DNA from: the human T2T-CHM13v2.0 reference genome, Homo sapiens
Strand: one strand, 5' to 3'
DNA: 64,000 nucleotides
NCBI RefSeq assembly: GCF_009914755.1
Contig: NC_060948.1
A program made the position numbers and the translations under genes. Within the stretch, counting starts at the first letter, position 1, and every line of letters begins with the position of its first letter. The notes beneath the pieces are model-generated. The model did no database searches and had not been told where the DNA came from. It was given only the letters and a program-made list of their open reading frames with translations. Of this stretch, positions 27,787 through 41,269 are shown piece after piece.

Positions 27787-27927
27787 TTACACTACACATG
27801 GGCATGGGAGGCTTTCTCCTGGACAAAGGGATTGGCAACATTTGTAGTAACAGCATAATAACAAGATAATTAATACTGATAAAATCACAACTAGACTTAT
27901 GAATTTTATCCATGTCTACTTATCTAT
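27787..27927 (-). pseudogene. Decayed small ORF between pol and env: transmembrane helix plus Cys-rich tail
   Basis: ATA GAT AAG TAG ACA TGG ... GTG TAA reads [M]DK[W]TWIKFISLVVILSVLIILLLCCYYKCCQSLCPGESLPCPCVV*. The bracketed residues assume two G-to-A changes. Confidence 0.5.
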
Positions 27928-27999
27928 TGCTTATTCCTAAAGCTTCGGCTGTGGGTAGACCAGTCAGCTTTCAGTGTGTGACTTCAGCAGGGCTTGAAG

Positions 28000-29747
28000 A
28001 CTCCTTAAGCTTCAGTCGTGCATAGACTGACCAGCCTCCGGTGTGGTCAGAGCAGGGCAGTTCTTCTCAGCAGTGGCTTGGTTTTGCCACAAAATCAGTC
28101 ATGTTGGATGATCTGCGTCCTGCTGACTGGTCCACTGGTCCTGGGCAGCCAGCTTCAGTTGGCTGTGGCGAATCCAGGGTATGATAGCTGCAACTTCAAC
28201 AGCAGTGGGAGTAGACAAGATTACAGTGTGGGTCCCATCCCATGTGGGCCGTAAGGTGGTTGGGTTCCATTTGTTAACCCAAACAAAAACTCCAGGTATA
28301 AAAGGGTGGACTGGGTCTGTCAGGCTAATAGGCATCTTTTCTTGAACCCAGTCATGGACCTTCTGCATAGCTTGCCCTAAGGCCTGCATTTGCCTTCTTA
28401 AAGTTAGTTCTCCTAGTTCCCAGAGATCACCTATAATCTGATTTATAATTGGGGGTGGTTAGAGAACACAATCTCATAGGGTGAATACCCAGTTAATTTG
28501 GTAGGGGTATACCTGACTCAGAGAAGGACCATGAGCAAGACCTGATACCACCTAAGATGAGTTTCTTGACAAAATTTCTTCAGCAGCTGCTTCAATGTCT
28601 GGTTAATCCATTCTGCCTTCCCTGAGCTCTGTGGGTGGTAGGCTGTGTGTAATTTCCACTTTATTTTTGCAGCTGAGTTAGTTGCTGTACAACTTCAGCC
28701 ACAAATGCCAGGCCATTGTCTGATCCTAAGGACAGAGGCAGTCCAAATGTAGGAATAATGTCCTTTAGCAATACTCTGGTTACTTCTAGGGCTTTCTGTG
28801 TCCTAGTGGGGAATGCTTCAACCCATCCTGAGAAATTGCAAACAAACATCAGGCACTGTTAGCCCCTGCTCGGGCAGTTTGGTGAAGTCCACAAGCAAAT
28901 TCTCACAAGGTGTCGCTCCTATCTCTTGAATTCCTGGGGGCCGAGTTGGCCCTTGCCTTGGATTGTTCAGAGCACAAGTCATGCATTGCCACAAACAGCT
29001 TAAGTGATAGCAATAAGGTGTGGGACATAAAAGTTCTGTACTACAAGAGTCTCTAAAGCAGTTTTTCCCATGTGCGATCCTTGATGAAACTTTTACAAAT
29101 CAGGGGGCTATTGTTTCTGGGATAGCTAGCCTTCCATCTGAGAACTTCCACCAGCCTCCTATGTAACTTCCGCTCTCTTGTTCAAACCAAGTTCTCTCAT
29201 TTGGAGAGTAGTGTGGGGTTTCAGTTAAGGAAGGCTCTAGTAGAAGTGGCAGGGTTGGGGTCTACTTTTTAGTACCTAGGTTGGACATAGCTGCTTGCTT
29301 GGCTTCTCTCTCTGCCTTTCTATTTCCTTGTGCCTCTATGCCACCACCTGTCTGGTGTCCTTTACAGTGAATGACTGCCATCCTGTCTGGAGCCCACATA
29401 GCATGTAAGAGCTGTAAAATTTCCTCTTTATTTTTAATTTCTTTCCCTCCAGCAGTTAAAAGTCATCTTTCCTTGTAAATAGCCTCGTGGGCATGCAATA
29501 TGGCAGAAGCATACTTTGAGTCAGTGTAAATGTGGACTGTTTTTCCTTTGGCCACCAGCAGGGCTCTAGTTAGAGCTATAAATTCTGCTTTGTGTGCTGA
29601 GTGAGGTCCCAGCAGGGAGGGCCTGTGCCTCAGCTACTGAACTTAAGAGTCTCCACTCCTTGCCCGGCTTGGTGGATCCCCTCTGATGTGAAACTGCTCC
29701 CATCTGTGAAATATTCAACATCTCGTACCTCAAAGGGCTGGTCTTTT
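28000..29747 (-). pseudogene. ERV pol 3' part (RNase H, integrase), disrupted
   Basis: VEYFTDGSS, VHIYTDSKYA, FSGWVEAFPTRT, FGLPLSLGSDNG and WDGTHTVILSTPTAV motifs, with stops and frameshifts. Confidence 0.9.
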
Positions 29748-31833
<2,086 letters not shown>

Positions 31834-33777
31834 AAGGACTGGTCCTTTAAATCCTTCTGGCTCAAGAATATTTTGTCCACAACGTCTGCACAGTAGTGCT
31901 GGGGAAATTGGTCATGCAGCTTGGGCATTTCCATGGGCAAAAGAGTAGCCAGGTTTAGGATATTTACAGTTTCTAAATTTATATTTGGATTTTCAAATGA
32001 GAGCCCTTGGTATCTTAATATTCTTGGATTAGATAGCCAGTGATATCCTTTTTGACCCATTAGGAAAATTATGGTATGTGGCACCCGTATTATTAGCCTT
32101 TGGGCTAGAGTTAACTTGGTTGCATCCTCGGCTAGCGTGGCAGTGGTGGCCAATGCCTTCAAAGAGGGGGGCCATCTGAAGGCCATAAAATCTAGTCATT
32201 TTGACAAGTAAGCCACTGGTCGATTCCACAACTCTACCATTTGAAATAAAACTCCTGTGGCCATTCCCTTTCTCTGATGGATGTAGAGAAAGAATGGCTT
32301 TATCAGGTGAGGCAGTCCTAAGGCTGGAGCCTGGATTAAAGCTTTCTTGATGTTGTTGAAAGCTTTTTCCTGTTCAACTCCCCACAGAAGAGGTTCTTTT
32401 TCTCCCCACTTGGTGGCTTAATACAGTGGTTTTGCCATAAGTGAAAAGTTTGGTATCTAAATGTGGCACAACACAGCTACCCCTAAGAATTCTCTGATCT
32501 GCTGACATGTTACAAGTGATGGAAGAGCACAAACAGCCTGTTTTCACTCACTGCCCATTTCACATTGCCCTTGAGTTACTAGAAACCTAGATATCTTGCT
32601 CCTTGTTCACAAATCTGGGCCTTCTTCTGGGACACCTTATAATTTGCTTTACATAGTAGATGCAGGAGGCCCTCAATGCCCTGGTAGCAATCTTCCTTAG
32701 TTGGGGCTGCAAACAAAAGATCATCTATGTGCTGCAACAGGACACATTTGTCATTTGGCGAGACAAAATCCTTGAGATCAGACACTAATGCCTCCTCAAA
32801 GATAGGAGGGGAGTTTTTGAACTCTTGTGGAAGTCGCCTCCAAGTATACTGTGTTTCTCCCCCATCTGAATGCAAAAATAGATTGGCTTACTGGAGTTAG
32901 CTTGAGGCAAAAGAAAGCATCCTTTAAGTCTAAACAAGTAAACCAAGCAGCATGAGCAGGTATCTGACTCATCATTGTATATCAGTTGGGTACCATGGCA
33001 TGCAAAGTAACAGTGACTTTATTTATGGCCCATAGGTCTTGCACATGTCTAAATTCACCAGATGGTTTCTGCACCAGTAAGAGAGGTGTGTTCTCTTACT
33101 GGTTGACCTACAGAGTGACTTACATTTTCTTATAATTCCATGTTCTAACAGCTGGCTCATGTGTTTGTTCATACCTCATACTGCCTCTATGGACACCTGG
33201 TACTGTGGATCACACACTGGTGACACACCTGGATTCAGCTCTACTACCACTGATGCTTGGGGTATAGCTAGTGCTGGTGGATTGTCTTCTGCCACACTTC
33301 AGGTATCTTCAGAACAAGCCTGTCCATTAGTCTGCCCATAAACTTGGACAGTTGATATGCTGCTTTCATGTATAGCCTGCATTCCTCAGTTTTTGGCAAG
33401 GTAAGGGTTAATGCCATGGCTTTCAGACGACTCAGATCTAGAGTCATGTTTCCTTATGACCTGAAAGAACTTTGAGCTTGGAGTTTCTGAAGTATGTCCC
33501 TCCCTAACAGAGGCACCGGACAGTTTGGCAGATATAGAAATTCATGCCAGACCTCCTGACCTCCAATAACACACCTTCTGGACTGAAAGAAAGGCCTTTT
33601 TTCTGACACTCTGGTTGCCCCAACTATAGTAGCATAGTTTTTAGATAGTGGCCCCACTGGCCATGTCATCACTGAGTGCTCAGCACCAGTATCTACCATA
33701 AAGTCCATCTGTTGGTCCCCTACCTCCATAGAGACCAAGGGCTCCCGGAGGCCCAGAGAGATCGAGCTTGGTCTGTC
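31834..33777 (-). pseudogene. ERV pro-pol 5' part (protease, RT, connection), disrupted
   Basis: DFMVDTGAEHSV, CPVPLLGRDIL, QYTWRRLPQEFKNSP, LLQHIDDLL, HWLSNPRILRYQ. Confidence 0.92.
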
Positions 33778-35457
33778 TCAGTCCTCATATTCTTCAATTC
33801 CTGCCAAGCCGACCAAGTCAGCTTCTTGCTTCAAAATGCAATGGCTAGCAGCTGCTGGCCTTTGCCATGTCTCAGGTCCTTGGCTGTTGCCTCCATCCTT
33901 TTCTGTTTCTGTACATTCATCCTTCTAATTCCCTTTTCTGTTTGCATCTCACACACTGATCCCTCTCAAGCCTAGCCAGCCCTCTTGCCCTGGCCTAGCT
34001 TGTCCTCTTCCACAACCATGTCCACAACCATTTCTACATCCACATCCTTTCACAAATCCAGTCTCTCTTTCTACCATGGCAGCAGCCAACAAATCAGCCT
34101 TTTTCTTAGCTTTGGCATTGCCTGTTCCTTGGTTTCCTCCTCTCAATTAACAAACACCATGGTAGCCACTTGAATAAGCTGGGTGATATTCATACCTTCA
34201 AACCCTTCCAACTTCTGAAGCTTTCATCTGATACCACCTTGTGCCTGGCCCACAAATGCCCTGTTAATCATGCACTGGTTCCCTACAGCCTCTAGGTCAA
34301 ATGGAGTGTGAAGGCAGTATGCTTCACAGAGCCTTTCATAAAATTTACTATGACTGTCATCAGCCTTCTGGTGAACCTCTGAGACCTTTCCCATATTCAT
34401 TGTCTTTTTTCCTCCTGCCTTTATTCCGTTAAGGAGTGCCTTTCAATACCATTGCAGGTTTTGTAACCCTTCTGCCTGGTTTTGTCTCCGGTGCATACTG
34501 CTTGACATTGTTTGTGCCTTCTGGTTCATTGCTTTCTAACAACTGGAGGGCCACTTGTGCCACTCTACGACATTCCTCCATATTGAATAATGCTAAAAGA
34601 AGTTGTTGACAATCAGGCCAGGTAGGGTTATGAGTCAGAAAGATGGACCACATCAAGTCTGTAAGGGCCTGGGGCTTCTCCGTATAGGAGGGTGTATTCT
34701 GTTTCCAGTTTAGGTCAGTGGTGGAGAAAGGCTAGTAAACAAAAAGACCCTGCCCTCCTCGGATTTGACCTTGTTCATCATGATAAATATAACCTTGTGT
34801 CTCCCCGAGAGGCATCTGCAAAGCTTGGATGCAGCCTGATCTCATTATCCTGAGGTTCTTCCTTAGTCTTTACAGACAGGGGCTCTAACTCTTCCCTGCC
34901 AGGTGAAACCTTAAATCACTCTCCTCTGAGCTTTATTCCTCTAGGACCACTTGTTTGGCATCCTGCCTTAGCCTTGCCAGAGATGGATATATTGGGACAT
35001 AGAGAGGTGGAATTTTCCTCTCCTCAGGTCGGGCTTGCAAAACAGGCTTTTTCTGTTCTCCTCGTGGCTTTTTCTTTTTTTCTACAGTCTCTTTGGACAC
35101 TTTTACTGTGTGTAATTTGGCACAGGTTACCAAGGTATTACAGTAGTTTTCAAAACAGACTTGCAGATACTTGGGGCGATTTTCAATGACCCTCAGCCAG
35201 GAGTCAACGTATGGGAACTGATCGGGGTGCCCAGATTGTTCTCCGGTTCCAGTTACTACCCTAAACACACGGCCAATTATCTCCCTATCTATTGTTCCTT
35301 CAGTCGGCCACCTGACATTAAAAAAAGGCCAATCCATTTCACAGAGAGTTCTCAATCTCTGAGAGTCAATTTAACTTCATTAATCTCCATTAAAACCTTT
35401 CTTGAAATTTTTCAACATATACTCCAATGCAGTAGCCTTCGAAGCATTTCCTTCCAT
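33778..35457 (-). pseudogene. ERV gag, disrupted
   Basis: ATG at 35457 (MEGNASKATALEYMLKNFKKGF), MA GHPDQFPYVDSWL, CA THNPTWPDCQQLL, degenerate zinc knuckle DQCVRCKQ, TGA at 33778-33780 directly before pro. Confidence 0.9.
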
Positions 35458-36261
35458 CTCCAGCCTTGAGAGGCGCATTTGCTGTCACTTTCACTCCTGG
35501 ACTGACCAGACGGGGTCCTATTACGGGAAGTCTGGGGGTTGCTTAGCCAGGAGAATACCTTAATCCTGTCACAGCCAGCTGCAGCCGTGAAGCAGCTCCT
35601 ATTGGCTGTATGCAATGCCCTAGATCTGGCTCGTCCCACACTCGCTTTGGAACACACAGTCTGTGCTAAGAGATCTGTGTCTCCCCACGTCACATCCCGA
35701 GTTGGCCTCTGCTCAGACCGTCTCTTTCACATACTTTCACACACCTCCCCATTTCCCGTACTGGCCTTTAGTTAAAGCAGCGAGCCCCCGCCACTTTCAG
35801 TTTCCTTGAATCTCCTCTGTTCTCTCTCTTTCTTTAGTTAAAGCTGCGAGCCCCTCTTGCCACTTTCATTTCCTTTTTCCGACCGACCTATAAGCCTCTC
35901 TCGCATTCGATGTCGGTTGGAGCATGAGTTTCATCTGAATCAAGGGGCCTCTCTTGTTGTCCCCAGTCCCTCTGGGTCGGACTAGTTGTCTCACCCTGGG
36001 AGGTGATCACGCTCCCTGGGGACGGGTCCTGCCTTAAGGCTCAGACCCTTACTGCAGTTCATATGTCTGCACAGAGCTCCTGACACTGTCCAGCAATCTC
36101 CTTTGCCGGTTCTGTTGCGCTGTCAGGAAGGGCACCAGGACAGAGGAGGACCAATTCCCTTATGGGCTGAAGTCCTCCCGTGGTGCCGAGGGGTTCAGGT
36201 CTCCCCTCTTCTGGGGCCTCAGTCCCACAGGCAAAGGATACAGAAATCTGCTGTCTCCAGT

Positions 36262-36279
36262 TCCCAGGTTTTGGTACCA
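36262..36279 (-). promoter_or_regulatory. Primer binding site, tRNA-Phe-like
   Basis: TGGTACCAAAACCTGGGA versus Phe PBS TGGTGCCGAAACCCGGGA: 3 transitions, two at CpG; 2 nt from the LTR. Confidence 0.75.
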
Positions 36280-36281
36280 GA

Positions 36282-36397
36282 TGAAGTGGGATTTAAAGAA
36301 TCAGAGAGACCGGACAGAGTGCAGAAAAGTGCTTAAGGTGTACACCGGCCCAGCAGACATGTGTCCTAAAGACTGAGCCCAGACAAAGAAAATGAGT
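36282..36397 (-). mobile_element. Truncated 5' LTR (U5-side about 116 bp only)
   Basis: Aligns to about 27016-27136, then homology stops abruptly. Confidence 0.85.
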
Positions 36398-36399
36398 TA

Positions 36400-38620
36400 A
36401 TTTTGGTCTTCTATATATAACTTCTTAAAATAGAAGTGTACATTTTTGAAATACATTTTGTTTTCTCATGTTTTGATTTAATGCCATAAATTTACCTGTC
36501 AGCACTGCTTTTACCTTCATCTGATCTGAAGTATTGTATTTTCATGTTTATCCAGCTCAGTGTATTGTTTTATTTTCCTTGACAATTTTTTTTAAATCCT
36601 CTCGTTATTAAAGGATTCTTGTTTGACCCAAGGATTATCTTCCCAGTGTATGGAGATTCTCCTGTTTTTTTCTTTGTCTTACTGATTTCTACTTTAGTTG
36701 TATTGTGGTTGGGAAACACACTGGATTATTGTAAGTCTTTTATGTCTGTTGAGTTTTCTTTTATGGCACAGGAACCCTGAAAGCAATGTGTATTTGGCAT
36801 TGGGTGGAACGTTCCATTAATGTTGATTCAATTCTTTTGGTTGATGGTGTTGCTGAGTCCTCTTCTTTGTTGGTTTTCTTTCAAGTTGTTCTGTAAATTG
36901 AGAAAGGATGTTGTCCTTTCCAACTGTAATTGTAGATTTGTCTTTTTCTTTTATATTTTTAGGTTTTACTTCACATATTTTCAGTTCTGTTTCTTGCTGC
37001 ATGGACAGTACAGATTGTGGTTTCTTCTCGGTTACTAGTTTCATTTATCATTATATAATATCTTTTACATCATTGAAAATTTTCTTTTCTCTAGTCTACT
37101 TTATCTGGTGAATATGTCTATCCACTCCTGCTTTCTTCTAATGTCTGCATGATACATTTTTCTTTTTTACTTTTGAACTTTTCATCCTGTCTCTACTTTT
37201 ATGTGAAAGTGAGTTTCTTATAGATAGTATACGTGTGGGGCATGTTTTAAAATTCACACTGCTAATCTCCATATTTTTGTTGTATTTACACTATTTAGAA
37301 TAGTTTACTTTTTTTTGTTTGTTTTTTTTGTTGTTGTTGTTGTTGTTTTTTTTTTTTTTTTTTTTTTTTTTTGAGACGGAGTCTCGCTCTGTCGCCCAGG
37401 CTGGAGTGCAGTGGCATGATCTTGGCTCACTGCAAACTCCACCTTCTGAGTTAAAATGATTTTCTTCCCTCAGCCTCCTGAGTAGCTGGGACTACAGGTG
37501 CATGCCACCACGCCTGGTGGTGCATTTTTTTTTTTTTTGTATTTTTAGTAGAGACAGAGTTTCACCGTGTTAGCCAGGATGGTCTCGATCTCCTGACCTC
37601 GTGATCCTCTCACCTCAGCCTCCCAGAGTGCTGGGATTACAGGCATGAGCGAACCATCGCACCCAGCCTACATTTAATGTTAATTTTTGATATGTTCATT
37701 AGCTCTTCATTTTCTGTTTGCTGGTTTTATTTTGTTTTCTTTTCTCTTGAGTTTTTTTTTTTTTTTTTTTTGTCCTTTATGTAGTTTATTTGAAGAGATT
37801 TGAGACATTCATTCTGATGTATTTATCATCTTTTTGAGTATACCTAAAGAGGTATAAAGATGTGTCTTTTTAAATTGTTTTTTGAGGTGTGAAATTCTGT
37901 AAACATAATTTGTCATAGTATACTGACATCTTTTTACCAGCTTCAGTGAAATATATAAACCTGTATACCTCCCATTATTCACTGTATTATTAGCTTTTTA
38001 TACTTGCCTTATATATTTTCTCTACATACATTTAAGATCACCTCAGACTGAGTTACATGATTTTTGTTACAGTTTTTAGTCCTAAAATTTCCCTTTGTTT
38101 ACTGAAACCTTTAATTTTTATGCTTTATACTTTTTCATTAGTTTTGAGCATGTTCATAATTCTTCATTTAATTATTTTTATGACAATTTAAAAATATTTC
38201 TCAGATAATCCTGATAGTATTGACATTTCTGTGTTGACATTTATCATGTTGTTTCATTGAGGTGGAGACGTTCCTATTTCTTGATTTTTATGAGTAATCT
38301 TTATTTGAAACTTGAATATTTGAGGGACTATTAGGAGACTCCAGACCTTATTACAACCCTCATTTGTAGCTGGCTTTGTGTGATACCACCCTAACAGAGG
38401 AAAGGGGTGTGCATGTCAAGTAGGGGCAGAATTCCAAATTCCCTTCTTCAGTTCCTTTGACACACAAAGCAGGGTTTCCTGTTATTGATAAATGAATATG
38501 CAGGTTTCAGCTTCACCCAAGGCCTTACGTGCATCTCTCTGGCTAGGAGGGGAGGAGTGTCTTCTTACCACATGTAAGAGTTGGAAACCCTAGCTCTCTA
38601 CTCCACCTTCTCTGATTCTA
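36400..38620 (-). mobile_element. Old L1M fragments
   Basis: Antisense L1 endonuclease-region motifs (DKSTITVGKDN resembles the GDFN region); boundaries approximate. Confidence 0.6.
37305..37668 (-). mobile_element. Alu (Sc/Y-like) with long (GTT)n/T tail
   Basis: About 65-nt T/GTT tail then GAGACGGAGTCTCGCTCTGTCGCCCAGG. Confidence 0.9.
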
Positions 38621-39124
38621 CTCTGTAGGAGCTCGGTCAGGGTGGTGGGAGAAATTACAAGATAAAATTATAGGAAAAATACAAACCTTCTTAGAAGGCC
38701 AGAAGGTTTTGCAAAAGCGTTAGGAAAGAGATATGGCTGAAAGCAGCCTGATCCTCTTACCTTGAGCTAATAGTAAAAGGCAAATAACAAGGGAATGTAG
38801 AGGAGTTCATCTAAATAGCTTGTTTAGTCATGTTGTCCTAACACCAACCTTTGATCATTTGTGCACAAGACTGCTTTCTCTGGGAGGGTGACCATGTTAA
38901 TTATCTACAAGTGTGTTGACTCAAAGCCTCTGTCATTAAATCAGTGCTAAATAAATGCCTGTGGCACCAGCTTGTCAGGGCTGTGGCTGCTGACTCTTTA
39001 TAGCACTTTTCTCAACATCTGTAGGTGGCTTAGTCCTCTAGCCTGCTCTTTCACTGGATACCTGTGTCTGAGTGCATTTGTTCATCCATCGTTTGGCCAG
39101 GGTCTGTGGGTCAGACCTGGCAGA

Positions 39125-39142
39125 TGGTACCCCATGAGAGGA
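39125..39142 (+). promoter_or_regulatory. Primer binding site, tRNA-Met-like
   Basis: TGGTACCCCATGAGAGGA versus Met PBS TGGTGCCCCGTGTGAGGA (3 mismatches). A non-Lys (Met/Ile) PBS is a described HML-5 property. Confidence 0.75.
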
Positions 39143-39404
39143 ATGCTGCAACCATCATGACAGAACCCTCAAAAACGAAGGTGAAGAAGAATGCACAGTC
39201 AGTAAGTCAGTAAGTCATTGGTGCCCACTCAGGATTTCCAAGTTTGAAGGAATTGTTCAGGCTAGGGTTTCATCCTGGGACAACAGTTATCAGTTCAACA
39301 GAAACAATACATAAAACTATTGAAACAGCTGCTTAAAGCTAGTGGAGACTTGGTTTCACAGGCTAAATTAAGAGACCTAATGCCAACTGTTATAGCCTAT
39401 AACC

Positions 39405-41230
39405 AGTTTCTCCTGAGAAATATCTTGGGTGCATACTAACTTCTTCGTCAGTAAGACCTCAAGAGTTTAAATTAAATACTAGCAACTTACCTACCTTAAA
39501 TGATTATCAGAAATTGCTAAGTGATATTAATGGTCTTCGCCCCATCTTGGGCATAACAGGTGATAAATTACAGACGTTGTTTTCTATCTTAAAAGGCAGT
39601 GCTGCCCTAGACTCTTCCAGTTATTTAACTCCTGCAGCACAATGGGAAATTGAAGAAGCAGAGCTAGCTATTTCTCAAAGACAGCTAGCTCATATTGACC
39701 CATGGTATTCAATGCAATTATTTATTTTTCCCATGAAACACTCCCCTATAGGGTTAATAGGACAGGTGGCCCCGGGGCTATGCTTTCTAGAGTGGGTTTT
39801 TTTGCTCACATTACTGGGACTAAAACACTTTCTCCCTATATCCAATTAATCAGTAAAGTCATCTATTCAGGCCATAGATGATGCAATCAGTTTCTAGGTT
39901 ATGACTTTTAATATCAACAGGATTCCTTTAAGTAAATAGCAATTTGAAGAAATATTGCCGTTATCTATAGACCTGAAAATAGCTCTCTCATTACTCAGGC
40001 CATATAGAACATGCACTTCCTTCTGACAAGCTTCTTCAGTTCTTATCTCATACTTCTGTGGTTTTGCCTACAAAAATATTTCAATCCCCCATACTTAACA
40101 CTTTAACAGTCTTTACTGATGGCTCTGGTAACCACAGAAAAGAGGCTGTCTAGTGGAGACCACATAATTCCCTCACTCATTCTGGATTTACTAGCACTTA
40201 GAGAGCTGAGATTGGAGCCTTAATATTGGCTCTCGAGCCTTTTTCCACTCAGCCCATCAATATTATTAGTGACTCTTCTTACTCTGTTTATTTATTGCAG
40301 AACCTTGAGACAGCCCTCATTAAGTCCACTCTGGAGCCCACCCTGTGTGCACATTTTTTTCTGACTTCAACAATTACTAGATCAACGTACACATCCTATT
40401 TTTGTTACACACATTCGGGCCCACAACTCACTGCCTGGCTCATTGGCTTATGGCAATGATCAAGCACACCTACGGGTTCATCTAAGCAATTTTAACTTAC
40501 CCAGAGACTAGCTAAATAAATTATCCTGCAATGCCCAGATTGCCAGCTCACAGGCACATCCCCTCCTTCAACAGGTGTTAACCCTAGTGGACTAGAACCT
40601 AATCAGTTATGGCAAACAGTTGTTACACATGTCCCTGAATTTGGAAAACTTTTATATGTACATGTATCTGTTGATACCAACTCTCATTTAATTAGCACTC
40701 ATGCTCTTCCTGGAAAGTCCACCCATTATTTCATTAAACATCTTTTAACTTTTGCATTTAGGGGGCAACCCACAAAAATTAAAACTGATAATAGTCTGGC
40801 TTATGCCAGCTCACAATTTCAACAATTTTGTCACACATGAAACATCCAACATTCCACAGGCATCCTGTATAACTCCCAAGGACAGGCCATAGTAGAACGT
40901 GCCCACTTCACCCTTAAAAATATGCTCAAAAAACAAAAAAGGGGGAATACGAGTAAGGACCCTGCAACACTACTGGCACAAGCCTTACTCTTAATTTTTT
41001 TAAATTTAGATGATAAATTTCAATCAGCTGTAGAAAAGCACTTTCCTAAACCCTCTCAACACATAAAACCTGCAGTTTTATGGAAAGATGTAAACAGTAA
41101 TGTATGGTGTTGTCTAAATGAATTGTTAATGTGGAGGAAAGGATATGCTTGTGTTCACACCCTCACAGGTCCTTCTTTGGATTCCAGCATGATGCATCAA
41201 ACCATGGGGTTACTAGGACCCAACCCAGAA
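39405..41230 (+). pseudogene. HML-5 pol remnant (RT thumb/connection, RNase H, IN)
   Basis: KYLG, QPINIISDSSY, CPDC, GILYNSQGQAIVERAH, VLWKD motifs with many stops. Confidence 0.88.
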
Positions 41231-41269
41231 ATAAAGAAAATGACCCTACAGGACCCACAGCTGCGGTGA

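Noticed and set aside
27641-27913. 90-aa ORF called by the track in the ERV pol-env region
   Set aside because: Composite of an off-frame reading of the micro-ORF, the env signal peptide and an off-frame TM tail across the deletion junction.
35412-35693. Possible pre-gag ORF in the ERV leader
   Set aside because: Non-ATG start, out of frame with gag and no recognisable motif.
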